Shown piece by piece: positions 1 through 8,631 of a DNA stretch of 44,994 nt. The stretch is taken from positions 1 through 44,994 of the IMG/VR virus record IMGVR_UViG_3300044472_000006. One strand, 5' to 3'. This DNA is from a virus (lineage: Duplodnaviria > Caudoviricetes). The translations under genes and the position numbers were made by a program. The notes beneath the pieces were generated by a model, which was given only the letters and a program-made list of their open reading frames with translations, was not told where the DNA came from and did no database searches. Numbering within the stretch: position 1 is the first letter of the stretch; every line of letters starts with the position of its first letter.

Positions 1-1505
1 GATGGTAGCGCGCCTGTAACAAATTGACCATCTTGCTCGAGTCGATTCTCAAAAGTTGGAACCTCTTGACCTAATACTGCTGGTTTAATTGTATGAAAAG
101 CTTGATCAAGAGTCATTCCCATCTTAGGCTTGGCCGGCGTCATCATTCCAGGTTGAGATTTCAACTTCTGAAAAGCTCGAAAATCAACTACTTCTGGGTC
201 AGCAAATGTCTCTGTGATTCCAAATTGACAAGTTTGAAGCTCGATATTAACAAGATCATTCTTCATATCTTGAATATCTTGCGCCGGCATTCCTAAAGGA
301 CTTGCATGAACTGTTGCAGATAGCGGAGACTTAGAAATAGTCCAATGTTCATCTAGATTTTCTTCTTTAGCCTTAATGAAGATACGATTCATCAAAGTAA
401 TAAGAGCGCCTTTAGGAAACTGAGCTTTTAGATTTTGAGCTTCCTCATCTTCAATTCCCAAAAGATTAAAAGTCCAAGGACGAAGCCAAACTCGACGAAC
501 TGTTACTAGTCGAGAGTCAGAGCCGTAATATTCTAAAGGAGTACGACCCCATCTCTCATAAGTCTGATACTGATTAGTTCCCTTAATCCGACGAACGAGG
601 TCAAGTTTAGTCTCTTCGTCTAAATCAGGATCAGTTAAGACTAATTCCTGAGCTAAAGATTCGTGAATTTCGGTCTCGAGAACTAGATAAGGAGTCGATT
701 TGACATCATATATGTAGGAAGGAACTGCGACGTTTAGAATTCCATAGCACTCAAGAATTTCACGAACCTTAGCAACATCTTCAGTTCCTGTTTGTTCATT
801 AATATATTCAGTCTTGGTTTCTAGTTGAGACTGAACCGGACCGCAGTTTGGACAGATATTTTGAACTGACTGATCTTCAGGATTAATCTGTTCTTCAGTC
901 TCTTCCTGGCAATTAGGACAAGTTTGAACAGCTGTCTGCTTCTCGACCATTCCAAACATTGGCTTTTTATTAAATCCATACTCATCACACTGATGAGCAT
1001 AATTATAAAAAGCTACAAAGTGTTGATTCCAGAGAATCCAGAGAGCATGAACAAAAAGAGTCTCAATCTCATTATCGCGCTCGATCTTGTCAGCAAGCTT
1101 ACGATAAGCTCTAGCTGTAATAAGATCATCGAAATCATCAGCATCTCCTGGAAAGAACTTTACATAAGGAATGCCGGATGAGAGCGCTGCAATTACTGTT
1201 TCTCCGAACGCACGATAGAAGTTTACAATCTTAGGAACTAATTCAAGTTCGCCGGGATCGATTTTATCAGCAAATTCTTGAGGATCAAAATTAGGAAGAC
1301 CAGGAGCGGACCAATCTCCTAGTCTTTCTGACCAGAATAGACGCTGATAACCTTTAAAATAAAGCTCAAGCTTCTTTGCGAGACGAATCATTGTATCTCG
1401 CGGAGCCCGATCTTCATTTAAAAGTTTCTCAACTTCAGAGACAATACGATCTTGTAGTTCTTTAGCAATTGGTCCGACTTCGTTTTGCTCGGCTGATTCA
1501 ATCAT
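1..1505 (-). CDS. Portal protein, N-terminal part (runs off the window start); contains a CPNC...CPNCG zinc-ribbon insert
   Basis: Manual translation from ATG at 1505 (MIESAEQNEVGPIAKELQDR...IVNFYRAFGETVIAALSSGIPYVKFFPGDADD...GQFVTGALPS) is open to base 1. It is missing from the ORF track because it has no stop inside the window. It lies downstream of TerL and appears to continue at 44994. Confidence 0.8.
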   Translation of the reverse strand, partial: MIESAEQNEVGPIAKELQDRIVSEVEKLLNEDRAPRDTMIRLAKKLELYFKGYQRLFWSERLGDWSAPGLPNFDPQEFADKIDPGELELVPKIVNFYRAFGETVIAALSSGIPYVKFFPGDADDFDDLITARAYRKLADKIERDNEIETLFVHALWILWNQHFVAFYNYAHQCDEYGFNKKPMFGMVEKQTAVQTCPNCQEETEEQINPEDQSVQNICPNCGPVQSQLETKTEYINEQTGTEDVAKVREILECYGILNVAVPSYIYDVKSTPYLVLETEIHESLAQELVLTDPDLDEETKLDLVRRIKGTNQYQTYERWGRTPLEYYGSDSRLVTVRRVWLRPWTFNLLGIEDEEAQNLKAQFPKGALITLMNRIFIKAKEENLDEHWTISKSPLSATVHASPLGMPAQDIQDMKNDLVNIELQTCQFGITETFADPEVVDFRAFQKLKSQPGMMTPAKPKMGMTLDQAFHTIKPAVLGQEVPTFENRLEQDGQFVTGALP

Positions 1506-1666
1506 GAAGTTTTAGTTGGAGAATCCACAAAAACATTAACTAGACCAGCGAGAGCAGCCGCTCCTACTACCCACCAATCAATTGCATGTTTGGATAGCAT
1601 AGGAACTAGAACGCCGGCCGCTGGTACTAAAACTAACGAGATAGCGTGTTTTAGTTGAAAGCTCAT
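1502..1666 (-). CDS. 54-aa two-TM membrane protein, holin candidate
   Basis: MSFQLKHAISLVLVPAAGVLVPMLSKHAIDWWVVGAAALAGLVNVFVDSPTKTS. Its stop overlaps the portal ATG (ATGA). Confidence 0.55.
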   Translation of the reverse strand: MSFQLKHAISLVLVPAAGVLVPMLSKHAIDWWVVGAAALAGLVNVFVDSPTKTS

Positions 1667-2029
1667 TTATTTTGTTTCTACAGGTCCAGTCGTGAAAGAT
1701 AGACTAGACGCTAGAGGAGCCGCTGTGAATTGTTTGAGTGCAGCTTCAATAGTTGAGGCATTTTCAGATAGATCGGCGAAGACTGATTCTTCAACTTGAC
1801 TAACTGGAACATCTGGGTATCCGTCGATTACTAGAGTCTCAAGAGAATTTTCTGCCGCCGTTAGGAGTGCAAATCGACGATCATAAATTGTAATACTTTT
1901 CTGAACTTCTTCTTGAGTTCCGGGCTCGAGATTTAGTCGAGAAAAATCTCGAAGACCCTCTAATTGAGGAGTAATAGCTGCGATTGCGGCTTTAATTTCA
2001 ATAATTGCGGCGTCAACAGCTGTTGCCAT
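1667..2029 (-). CDS. Hypothetical helical protein with C-terminal SLSFTTGPVETK motif
   Basis: ORF track; AGGAG RBS upstream; tight packing with neighbours. Confidence 0.7.
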   Translation of the reverse strand: MATAVDAAIIEIKAAIAAITPQLEGLRDFSRLNLEPGTQEEVQKSITIYDRRFALLTAAENSLETLVIDGYPDVPVSQVEESVFADLSENASTIEAALKQFTAAPLASSLSFTTGPVETK

Positions 2030-2040
2030 TTTAATGCTCC

Positions 2041-2075
2041 TGGGAGCTAGGAAATTGGAGGGTTCCTAGCTCCCA
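2041..2075 (-). promoter_or_regulatory. 13-bp perfect hairpin abutting the RBS of 1667..2029
   Basis: TGGGAGCTAGGAA-N9-TTCCTAGCTCCCA. No U-tract follows on the minus strand. Confidence 0.6.
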
Positions 2076-2081
2076 TTTAAT

Positions 2082-2411
2082 CTACTTAGGCTCTACTGGA
2101 CCCGCAGAGAATCCAAAATTAGCCGCCGCCGCGCTGGAAACAGTTAGAGTAACAGTATCTGAGATAGTTGTTACTCCTGCTCCTAGATCAGCGTCCGCTG
2201 ACACTAGATAAACCGTGTCTGCTAGAGCTACACCAGATACAGCTTTAAATGCCAGCGGAGCATTTACAGTATCCTGTTCTACAGTCCCATCACCAGATTG
2301 AACTACTACTGTGATTGGACCATCAACCTGTGCTGGATTTCCTTTATCGGTTAAAGGAATTACGTTTACTGTGATTTTTTGTTCATTATTACAGGCTACA
2401 GCAAAAGGCAC
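2082..2411 (-). CDS. Ig-like beta-sandwich virion/surface protein
   Basis: V/T-rich beta pattern with PLTDKGNPA and VTLTV motifs; resembles 28051..28410. Confidence 0.55.
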   Translation of the reverse strand: MPFAVACNNEQKITVNVIPLTDKGNPAQVDGPITVVVQSGDGTVEQDTVNAPLAFKAVSGVALADTVYLVSADADLGAGVTTISDTVTLTVSSAAAANFGFSAGPVEPK

Positions 2412-2422
2412 TTCTCACCTCA

Positions 2423-3466
2423 CTATTCAGTTACATGTACGGAATTCGATCTCGTACCATTTCTCGATTTTACCCAAAAAGTTGCAGTCGGAGTCGTTTT
2501 CATTTGTAAAGGATTAGGAACTGCATGTAATCCAGGCGCTGGACATCCTACTACTTGAATCGGATCAGAGAAGAACCATTTGTAAGGTCCAGCTTTATTC
2601 TCACAAATTCCTCTTTGATTAATTCTCTTACAACAAGCATCATCTCCGCATTCAGGACCTAGAGGACGATGCCGCGGCGGAGTATCTTGAGATGGAGTCG
2701 CATCTAAAAGTTTAGTACACTTTCCTACTTGGCTAAAGAGTTTTAATGTAATTCCTTTAACTTCTGGACAATTATCGGGATTAAAAGGTTGACACGTTGG
2801 ATCTGGAGTTGGAGTCGGAGTTGGTAAAGGTGTAGGAGTAGGAGTAGGTCCAGGAGTCATAGGTTCAGATAAAGAAGCCGGTCTACAAGTAGAACGATAA
2901 GATCCTTCTCCCCAACGAGGTTGGCCAGAAGAAAGAACCCGATCAAAATTCTCACTATATCCTTCACCCTTCTGAACTGCTAATTCTTCACCATAAAATG
3001 CTGTTCCGAATCCTCGAAACCAAAGACCGGGACTAAGTCGAGTATAAAAAGCTCTAAGACTTTCGCCGGGATTTGGTTTAAGTGCACTCGAACCAGTTCC
3101 AAAAACTGCATCAACTGCCCAAAGATAGTTACTTGAAGTTCGAGAACAAACTTCCGGCGGCGGAGTATTTGTATTTTTCCAAGTAAAAGGAGGATTTGTA
3201 GGTCCTGGTTGAGGAGTAGGAGTGGATGTCGGAAGAGGAGTAGGTGTCGGTTCAGGAGTAGGAATTGGAGTAGGTTCAGGAGTAGGAGAAGGAGTAGGAA
3301 CAACACAATTTTTCTGATAAGCATCAGTCGCTTGTTTACAAAGTTCTCCATTGGGAGAAGATAAACAAGCCTGTTCCATTGCATCTTTTAATTTTGCACA
3401 GTCAATTTCGGAGCATTTTGGTGCCATGAGACAAACTGCGAATACGACTAATACAGCTTTTTTCAC
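2423..3466 (-). CDS. Exported (lipo)protein, Cys-rich with Pro-Thr linkers
   Basis: Signal-peptide-like MKKAVLVVFAVCLMAPKC, two PT-repeat linkers and three Cys-containing domains. Confidence 0.7.
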   Translation of the reverse strand: MKKAVLVVFAVCLMAPKCSEIDCAKLKDAMEQACLSSPNGELCKQATDAYQKNCVVPTPSPTPEPTPIPTPEPTPTPLPTSTPTPQPGPTNPPFTWKNTNTPPPEVCSRTSSNYLWAVDAVFGTGSSALKPNPGESLRAFYTRLSPGLWFRGFGTAFYGEELAVQKGEGYSENFDRVLSSGQPRWGEGSYRSTCRPASLSEPMTPGPTPTPTPLPTPTPTPDPTCQPFNPDNCPEVKGITLKLFSQVGKCTKLLDATPSQDTPPRHRPLGPECGDDACCKRINQRGICENKAGPYKWFFSDPIQVVGCPAPGLHAVPNPLQMKTTPTATFWVKSRNGTRSNSVHVTE

Positions 3467-3789
3467 TTTCGATTCCTCACATCTACCTTCGTTTCAATTG
3501 TGTCTAATTTTTCAAGAATTTTTATTTGAGATTCTGCTAAGTTCCTTACTTGAACAGAAAGAATCTGCAATTCAGTATGATCAGATTCAGCGGCAAGAAG
3601 TCGTCGATTAACATCTGAAAACCAGGTTTGTACCAGAAAAGCGGATACAGTTAACAATGCGCTAAATAGAATCCCCGTCTTTACTCTCACCGCTAACCTT
3701 CTCTCCCCGCCGATTCTTTGATAACTGTTCGAGCTTGGTTCTTGTTTCGTCCCAGGATCTGATTCTTCGGATTGGATCGAATGATTCAC
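3463..3789 (-). CDS. Single-TM plus coiled-coil protein (lysis accessory/holin-like); true start probably near 3690
   Basis: GILFSALLTVSAFLVQTWF hydrophobic segment followed by a heptad-like tail. Confidence 0.5.
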   Translation of the reverse strand: MNHSIQSEESDPGTKQEPSSNSYQRIGGERRLAVRVKTGILFSALLTVSAFLVQTWFSDVNRRLLAAESDHTELQILSVQVRNLAESQIKILEKLDTIETKVDVRNRK

Positions 3790-3967
3790 TATTGCCTCGC
3801 TGAGGATTTAGCAACCGATTCAAATATTCATCCCGCTCTCTTCTAGCTATTGCTAGCTCAGACTCAAGAAACTGAATATAATCTGACTTAGCAACTGTCT
3901 CACTAGTTATAGAAGAAGGATTTATTTCTAGAAACGCTTTTAGTTTCTCTCGAATGATCTGAATCAT
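3662..3967 (-). CDS. Hypothetical protein downstream of TerL
   Basis: ORF track; helical, protein-like composition. Confidence 0.55.
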   Translation of the reverse strand: MIQIIREKLKAFLEINPSSITSETVAKSDYIQFLESELAIARRERDEYLNRLLNPQRGNSESFDPIRRIRSWDETRTKLEQLSKNRRGEKVSGESKDGDSI

Positions 3968-5552
3968 ATTTTGCCATCTGAATATAGAAATCAGTCTTAT
4001 CTGTCTTCATTCCTAGATTTGCGATGATAAGACCCAGTTTTCTACGATCTTCAGCCTCTCTCTTTGATGAGAGAACAAGATTATTTACAGCTTTAAGAAG
4101 ATACCGAAGACAATCATAAGAGTCATCTCCGTCTACCTTCTTAACATCCTCAGCGAGTGTACCAGCATAACCAGGATCTTTGTCCGAATAGACCATTAAA
4201 GGAATAGTCTTAACTAGATCAGTACAGTGAGAGAAGATTTGAAGTTTAGGAAGATTAGTTTCGGGATCTTCAGGAAGGAACATTTTCTCATATTCCTTCT
4301 GAGCTGTTTCTCCATGCCGCCGCCAGATATCTTGAGCTTTTTCTGGGGAGTATCCTTCTGACGGCTTATATCTGTGTGGCCGCGACCGCCATCTCAGGAA
4401 TTCGTGTACCAATAATTTTCCGCCAACGCGATCATTGTCTGCCTTCGATGGATTGAAGCCTGAGGAGTCATGGAATTGCTCAGCAATGGTCTTTTCAACA
4501 CCAGTAGTATTCCAGGCGGAAGGATCAAGGACAATAATCCCAAGGTTTTCATCAAACTGAGACATACGACGGATATTACTAGCCCAAGTAGAAATGTACT
4601 CTTTCTGTCCGACGTACTGATTATATACGTACACTCTTCCTTCAGGTGAAACGGCGGCCCAGAGAGCAGAAGTTTTATGTGCATAACCCCAATCGACAGC
4701 AAGAATCTTTGGCCACCAATCAGGGATGGGAAAAGGTTCAATTACATGAATTGCATTAGCTGGCTCATCTGGTAAACTCTGGGCTCTAAACTCTGTAAAT
4801 ACTTGCCCAGAGAAAATAAACCAGTCGCCTTCGACTAACGCTCGTCTTTCTGCTTCTGGAAGAATTGCAAGACGATTTCGATAGTTAGGATCTTTCTTAT
4901 CAAGATAAGGATTATCCTTAAGCTTAGCCGGGATGAAGATTCGGAAGGACTTAGATTTACGATCAAATATCTTCTTATGTCCTTCTTTCGCTGGCTCTAC
5001 AAATCTTTCCCTGACCCAAGCTAGTCCAACACCTTCCGGGTTCGTCGCGGCTCGCACAATACGAGGAAGATTATTACCTGACCGGCAACGAGAAGTAAGG
5101 TAAGTATATTGAAATTGAGTAAAAGCCGTAAGCTCATCGAAACCAATATAATTATATTCAGCAGTCTTATGACTCCGAGCATCGTCGTCCGTTTCCATAT
5201 ACGAGAAACGAATTGTAGCACCTGATTTAAATGTCCAAACATGTTGTTGTGCATTATACGCGCCGCCGAAGTCATAATAGGAAGGTCCGGAGACATCGTC
5301 GTCGGGATTTCCTAATCCTGTCTTAGATCGAAGAATTAGAGATTCTTCTAATTCGGGAAATGTACGTCTAAAGATGATTCCGTGAAACTTTGGGTTCTTG
5401 TAGAATTCTCGAACCAGAGGAAGCGCTAATAGAACTTCTGATTTTCCGCCGCCGGCTGCTCCGCCGTATAGAGCTTCAAATATATCATCGGGTAGAGCTA
5501 GAAACTCAGCTTGTCGTGCTGACGGTTTCCAGATTTTTTGAGTGGCGGGCAT
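3903..5552 (-). CDS. terL: Terminase large subunit
   Basis: PSARQAEF Q-motif, Walker A YGGAAGGGKS, Walker B YIGFDE, ATNP motif III, nuclease AVDWG and DDSYDCLRY. Confidence 0.95.
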   Translation of the reverse strand: MPATQKIWKPSARQAEFLALPDDIFEALYGGAAGGGKSEVLLALPLVREFYKNPKFHGIIFRRTFPELEESLILRSKTGLGNPDDDVSGPSYYDFGGAYNAQQHVWTFKSGATIRFSYMETDDDARSHKTAEYNYIGFDELTAFTQFQYTYLTSRCRSGNNLPRIVRAATNPEGVGLAWVRERFVEPAKEGHKKIFDRKSKSFRIFIPAKLKDNPYLDKKDPNYRNRLAILPEAERRALVEGDWFIFSGQVFTEFRAQSLPDEPANAIHVIEPFPIPDWWPKILAVDWGYAHKTSALWAAVSPEGRVYVYNQYVGQKEYISTWASNIRRMSQFDENLGIIVLDPSAWNTTGVEKTIAEQFHDSSGFNPSKADNDRVGGKLLVHEFLRWRSRPHRYKPSEGYSPEKAQDIWRRHGETAQKEYEKMFLPEDPETNLPKLQIFSHCTDLVKTIPLMVYSDKDPGYAGTLAEDVKKVDGDDSYDCLRYLLKAVNNLVLSSKREAEDRRKLGLIIANLGMKTDKTDFYIQMAKYDSDHSRETKSVSRNKSFFYN

Positions 5553-5557
5553 TAAAT

Positions 5558-6028
5558 TTAATAAAGAAGACTAAGAGGAAGTAACCAGAAAAATGTAACG
5601 ACCTTTAACTCTCCAGAACCGCCAGTAAATTCAGCGGCGCCATCGTGAGAGAATGTAATTGATTCTCCAATTCCCTGACCTGGACCGGCACCATAAACTA
5701 CAGAATTAAGATTTAGAGCCATATTAGGAATTGTTATAACTGCTAAAGATTCAACTGTAACTGATAATCCAGTAACTAGAAAAAATCCGTTAGTAATTTG
5801 GCCATATACTGGATACCGTAACCTAAAAGAAGTTGCACCTCCTCCGCCTCCATATGCAGCTCCAGCTTTCTTATTAGCTAAACAAAGATAAGGAACAATT
5901 AAATATCCGGGAGTAGCTGGAACAATTTGAACGGGAGTAGCACGCAGAGTCCTAATCTGAGCCTCTGTAATAATAACAGAGTTTGACTGTTCAATTAAAT
6001 TTTGTAATTTAGAGGGTCTATTAAGCAT
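5558..6028 (-). CDS. Beta-rich putative virion protein (paralog family A)
   Basis: ITEAQIRTLRATPVQIVPA...AGAAY...GSGELKV aligns with 6936..7391. Confidence 0.65.
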   Translation of the reverse strand: MLNRPSKLQNLIEQSNSVIITEAQIRTLRATPVQIVPATPGYLIVPYLCLANKKAGAAYGGGGGATSFRLRYPVYGQITNGFFLVTGLSVTVESLAVITIPNMALNLNSVVYGAGPGQGIGESITFSHDGAAEFTGGSGELKVVTFFWLLPLSLLY

Positions 6029-6384
6029 CAGACTATCTTAAGAGGATTCTGTAGAAAGTTATAACTCGTCGGCGGCACAGTTGTTGGAAAAGAGACGGCT
6101 ACTCCTCCGGAGACAAGTCCGGTACCGTCGGCATGAGCAGTAATCTGAAGAGCACGAGTGAAAGCTTCAATTTCGTGAATATTTCGATCTGCGTTTTGAT
6201 TTGCTCCTGTTAGAAGAACAAGAGCTTTTGAAAGATTTAAAGGATCGTTAGGATCAATCCAAATCTTCTGAACAGTTCCTACTGTTCCAGAGACATCTTG
6301 AACAGTATCTCCAAAGCCGGCGAGACCTGAAGTCGTGCCGCCGTATTTATTTCCAGCTTTATCTAGGATATTATCTAGTGCCAT
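6028..6384 (-). CDS. Putative virion protein (paralog family B); start at MALDNILDKAG
   Basis: Shares GNxYGGT, GDxVQD, HADGTGLVSGG and LxNPxK with 6389..6733. Confidence 0.7.
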   Translation of the reverse strand: MALDNILDKAGNKYGGTTSGLAGFGDTVQDVSGTVGTVQKIWIDPNDPLNLSKALVLLTGANQNADRNIHEIEAFTRALQITAHADGTGLVSGGVAVSFPTTVPPTSYNFLQNPLKIV

Positions 6385-6388
6385 TTGG

Positions 6389-6733
6389 TTAACCAACCTT
6401 GACTGGATTATTAAGAATATGGCCTTCAGTCGGAGGATTGTTTGAAACTGCTGGACCTTGGCCGCCGCCGGATACGAGTCCGGTTCCATCAGCGTGTGAG
6501 ATAATTGTTAAAGCTTGACAATCCGCCGCTGGGACTTCGTGTCGATTTCCATCAGCTAGTACATCTGTTAGAACTACACAACGATGTTGAGAATTCCCTA
6601 AAGGATCTAGCATCATTGCTGTTACGGTTCCGAGAACGCCATTACGATCCTGAACTCTGTCTCCTACGCCGGACTGATTATAAGAAGTTCCGCCGTAGTT
6701 ATTGCCAACAATATCCAAAACTCCTACAGCCAT
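6389..6733 (-). CDS. Putative virion protein (paralog family B)
   Basis: AAGGAG RBS; clear similarity to 6028..6384. Confidence 0.75.
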   Translation of the reverse strand: MAVGVLDIVGNNYGGTSYNQSGVGDRVQDRNGVLGTVTAMMLDPLGNSQHRCVVLTDVLADGNRHEVPAADCQALTIISHADGTGLVSGGGQGPAVSNNPPTEGHILNNPVKVG

Positions 6734-6742
6734 ATGAACTCC

Positions 6743-6927
6743 TTAAGAATAAGCTAAAGGCTGACCATTGATCCAAACACGAACTAACATCTGAATAACT
6801 AAATCACATGTACCGCTGGAGTCGTAAAGGAGGTTAAAACTTGAGCAGATGGAATTACAAACCTTCTGTAAAGAAGAGGAGGTAAAAGCTGGGACTCGAA
6901 GTTTAGAAGCTTACCATATTCTAACAT
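6743..6927 (-). pseudogene. Internally deleted, frameshifted third copy of paralog family A
   Basis: The N-terminus MLEYG...RRFVIPSAQVLTSFTTP is joined out of frame to a C-terminus SGTCDLVIQMLVRVWINGQPLAYS*. The span is 185 nt, not a multiple of 3. Confidence 0.6.
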
Positions 6928-6935
6928 TAGAGTCT

Positions 6936-7391
6936 CTATACAAAAGCGAAGGACATCGGCCAGATATCATAGATACAGAAAATTGTGACGTTCCCTGTTC
7001 CTAGAGTCATGTTGGCTACGTTATTTCCAACCACTAAAGGTGCGCCATTAATTGCAGTCACTACCGATGCAGTAAATGGCCCACTGCCAAAGATAGTTAA
7101 CTGTCCAGTTTGATCTAGAAATCCAGCCGGAGCTACAGTTGCCGCCGCCGCACCTGCTATGTTAGTCCAATAGATTCCAAAAGAAGTAGAAGCATTTAGA
7201 GTATAAGCCGTTCCAGCATCTTTAACCGCATGGAACCAACGAGGAACATAAAAGAATCCAGACACTCCAGGAACAAGAGTAATCTGAGTAGTGAAAAGAT
7301 TTAAGAGCTGCGCGTTTGTAACTACTAAACGCGAGAATCGACGAGGAACTAATACTTCTGACCTAAATGGCCGACCAATTACTGAAGGCAT
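6936..7391 (-). CDS. Beta-rich putative virion protein (paralog family A)
   Basis: VTNAQLLNLFTTQITLVPG...AGTAY...GTGNVTI. Confidence 0.7.
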   Translation of the reverse strand: MPSVIGRPFRSEVLVPRRFSRLVVTNAQLLNLFTTQITLVPGVSGFFYVPRWFHAVKDAGTAYTLNASTSFGIYWTNIAGAAAATVAPAGFLDQTGQLTIFGSGPFTASVVTAINGAPLVVGNNVANMTLGTGNVTIFCIYDIWPMSFAFV

Positions 7392-7435
7392 TTCGATCCC
7401 TTTCTATAGACTATAATCTGAAATTGAGTCTATAG

Positions 7436-7987
7436 CTATTTAGTTTCAACCTCTACAACATTATACTCTTCTAAGTTCCTCTGCCCCGGCGCGAAGATAA
7501 TTACTTGAGCCGCGGCGGGTTTATCTGTTTGAGGTCTGACTTTATCAAAGACATTAGCTAGAGATACTGCGACGGAGGCAATTTCTCTAACTGGTCTTTT
7601 CTCTAGTAATTCTGGCTGGATAAGATTAAGAGCTCCCATTAGTTTATCTACAGCAGACTCAGCAATCTTATCCGATTTCTCTGTAATCGAAACTCTAAGT
7701 TCCTGATTAGAGATTTCCGATGCTGTCTCTTTATTGTGAGTCGTCACTCCTTTCTTATACGCTGTTACAGATGACTTACTCACTCCAAACATATTTGCGG
7801 TATTCTCAATCGTATCGAACTTAGCAGTTAGGCCGATCATAGCTCTTTCTGCTGTAGTTCGATTTGTACTTCCTTCTGTTCGTGCCGCGCTTCGATGTTG
7901 ACCTTTACCTGTAATCTTATGAATGATATTAATCGCATTATCTTCCGACTTCTCTCGTTCTTCAGCCTGTTCTCTAGTTAGGATCAT
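7436..7987 (-). CDS. HTH DNA-binding protein, terminase small subunit candidate
   Basis: HTH-like IENTANMFGVSKSSVTAY, helical middle and a beta C-tail (QVIIFAP). It lies upstream of TerL. Start MILTREQ follows GAGG. Confidence 0.5.
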   Translation of the reverse strand: MILTREQAEEREKSEDNAINIIHKITGKGQHRSAARTEGSTNRTTAERAMIGLTAKFDTIENTANMFGVSKSSVTAYKKGVTTHNKETASEISNQELRVSITEKSDKIAESAVDKLMGALNLIQPELLEKRPVREIASVAVSLANVFDKVRPQTDKPAAAQVIIFAPGQRNLEEYNVVEVETK

Positions 7988-8106
7988 TGCTTCCTCAAGC
8001 TGTTTTGTAGAAAAGAAATTACCGTACTCATTAGAGCGACACCAATAGTCCAACCGATTCCGAGGCCAAATGCGATCTTAATTGCAGACCAAATATCTTG
8101 AGGCAT
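7984..8106 (-). CDS. 40-aa membrane peptide
   Basis: MPQDIWSAIKIAFGLGIGWTIGVALMSTVISFLQNSLRKQ; ATGA overlap with the next gene. Confidence 0.55.
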   Translation of the reverse strand: MPQDIWSAIKIAFGLGIGWTIGVALMSTVISFLQNSLRKQ

Positions 8107-8115
8107 TATTAAAAT

Positions 8116-8152
8116 GCTAAGGAGACTAGAGGGTTTAGCTAGTCTCCTTAGC
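8116..8152 (-). terminator. Intrinsic terminator-like 14-bp hairpin
   Basis: GCTAAGGAGACTAG-N9-CTAGTCTCCTTAGC, followed by AUUUUAAU on the minus strand. Confidence 0.65.
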
Positions 8153-8246
8153 CCAGCTATTTACGCCGCGACGGGTAATTCAGCATTTAAAGTTTCTGCC
8201 GTTCACCCGATGGTTAGACACACCAGAACAACGATAAAAGGCCGAA

Positions 8247-8585
8247 CTAAATCACTGCCTCAATGAAACAAAGATTTGCAGCGTTTACTGTTCCTACTAA
8301 ATAGAGATCATGTAATTCGATTAAAGGAATAGCAAAAGGACCAAACTCGATTAATTCTCCGGCGCCGGCTTGAGCAAATGCGTTCGCTGGGACGTTTGTA
8401 ACGTTTGATAGACCTAAATAGATAGCATTAGCCGCGCCGGTAGCATTACGAATACGAAGCTGGAATGCTTTAGTCGATCTAGCCGTTCCAGTCGTAGGAT
8501 TTCCAGTTTGAGGAATATTTAGAATCGTCGGATCGGTTAATTGAACGGCGGCGGCAGTTAGTACGTATTGAAAACCGATTACCAT
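8247..8585 (-). CDS. Small beta-sandwich protein, first gene of the leftward block
   Basis: IRNATGAANAIYLG pattern, as often seen in small phage structural proteins. Confidence 0.65.
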   Translation of the reverse strand: MVIGFQYVLTAAAVQLTDPTILNIPQTGNPTTGTARSTKAFQLRIRNATGAANAIYLGLSNVTNVPANAFAQAGAGELIEFGPFAIPLIELHDLYLVGTVNAANLCFIEAVI

Positions 8586-8595
8586 TTAGAGTTCC

Positions 8596-8631
8596 TATAC
8601 TTAATCAAGTCCTTATACTTAATCAAGTCCT
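8596..8631. repeat. 18-bp tandem duplication TATACTTAATCAAGTCCT x2
   Basis: Two exact copies directly upstream of the 8585 start. Confidence 0.85.

Noticed and set aside
93-1181. Plus-strand ORFs 93..296 and 924..1181, and similar antisense or alternate-frame ORFs over long genes
   Set aside because: They are shadows of the portal and other well-supported genes.
2800-3300. GGAGTA-type DNA repeats as a regulatory array
   Set aside because: Explained by Pro-Thr linker coding in 2423..3466.
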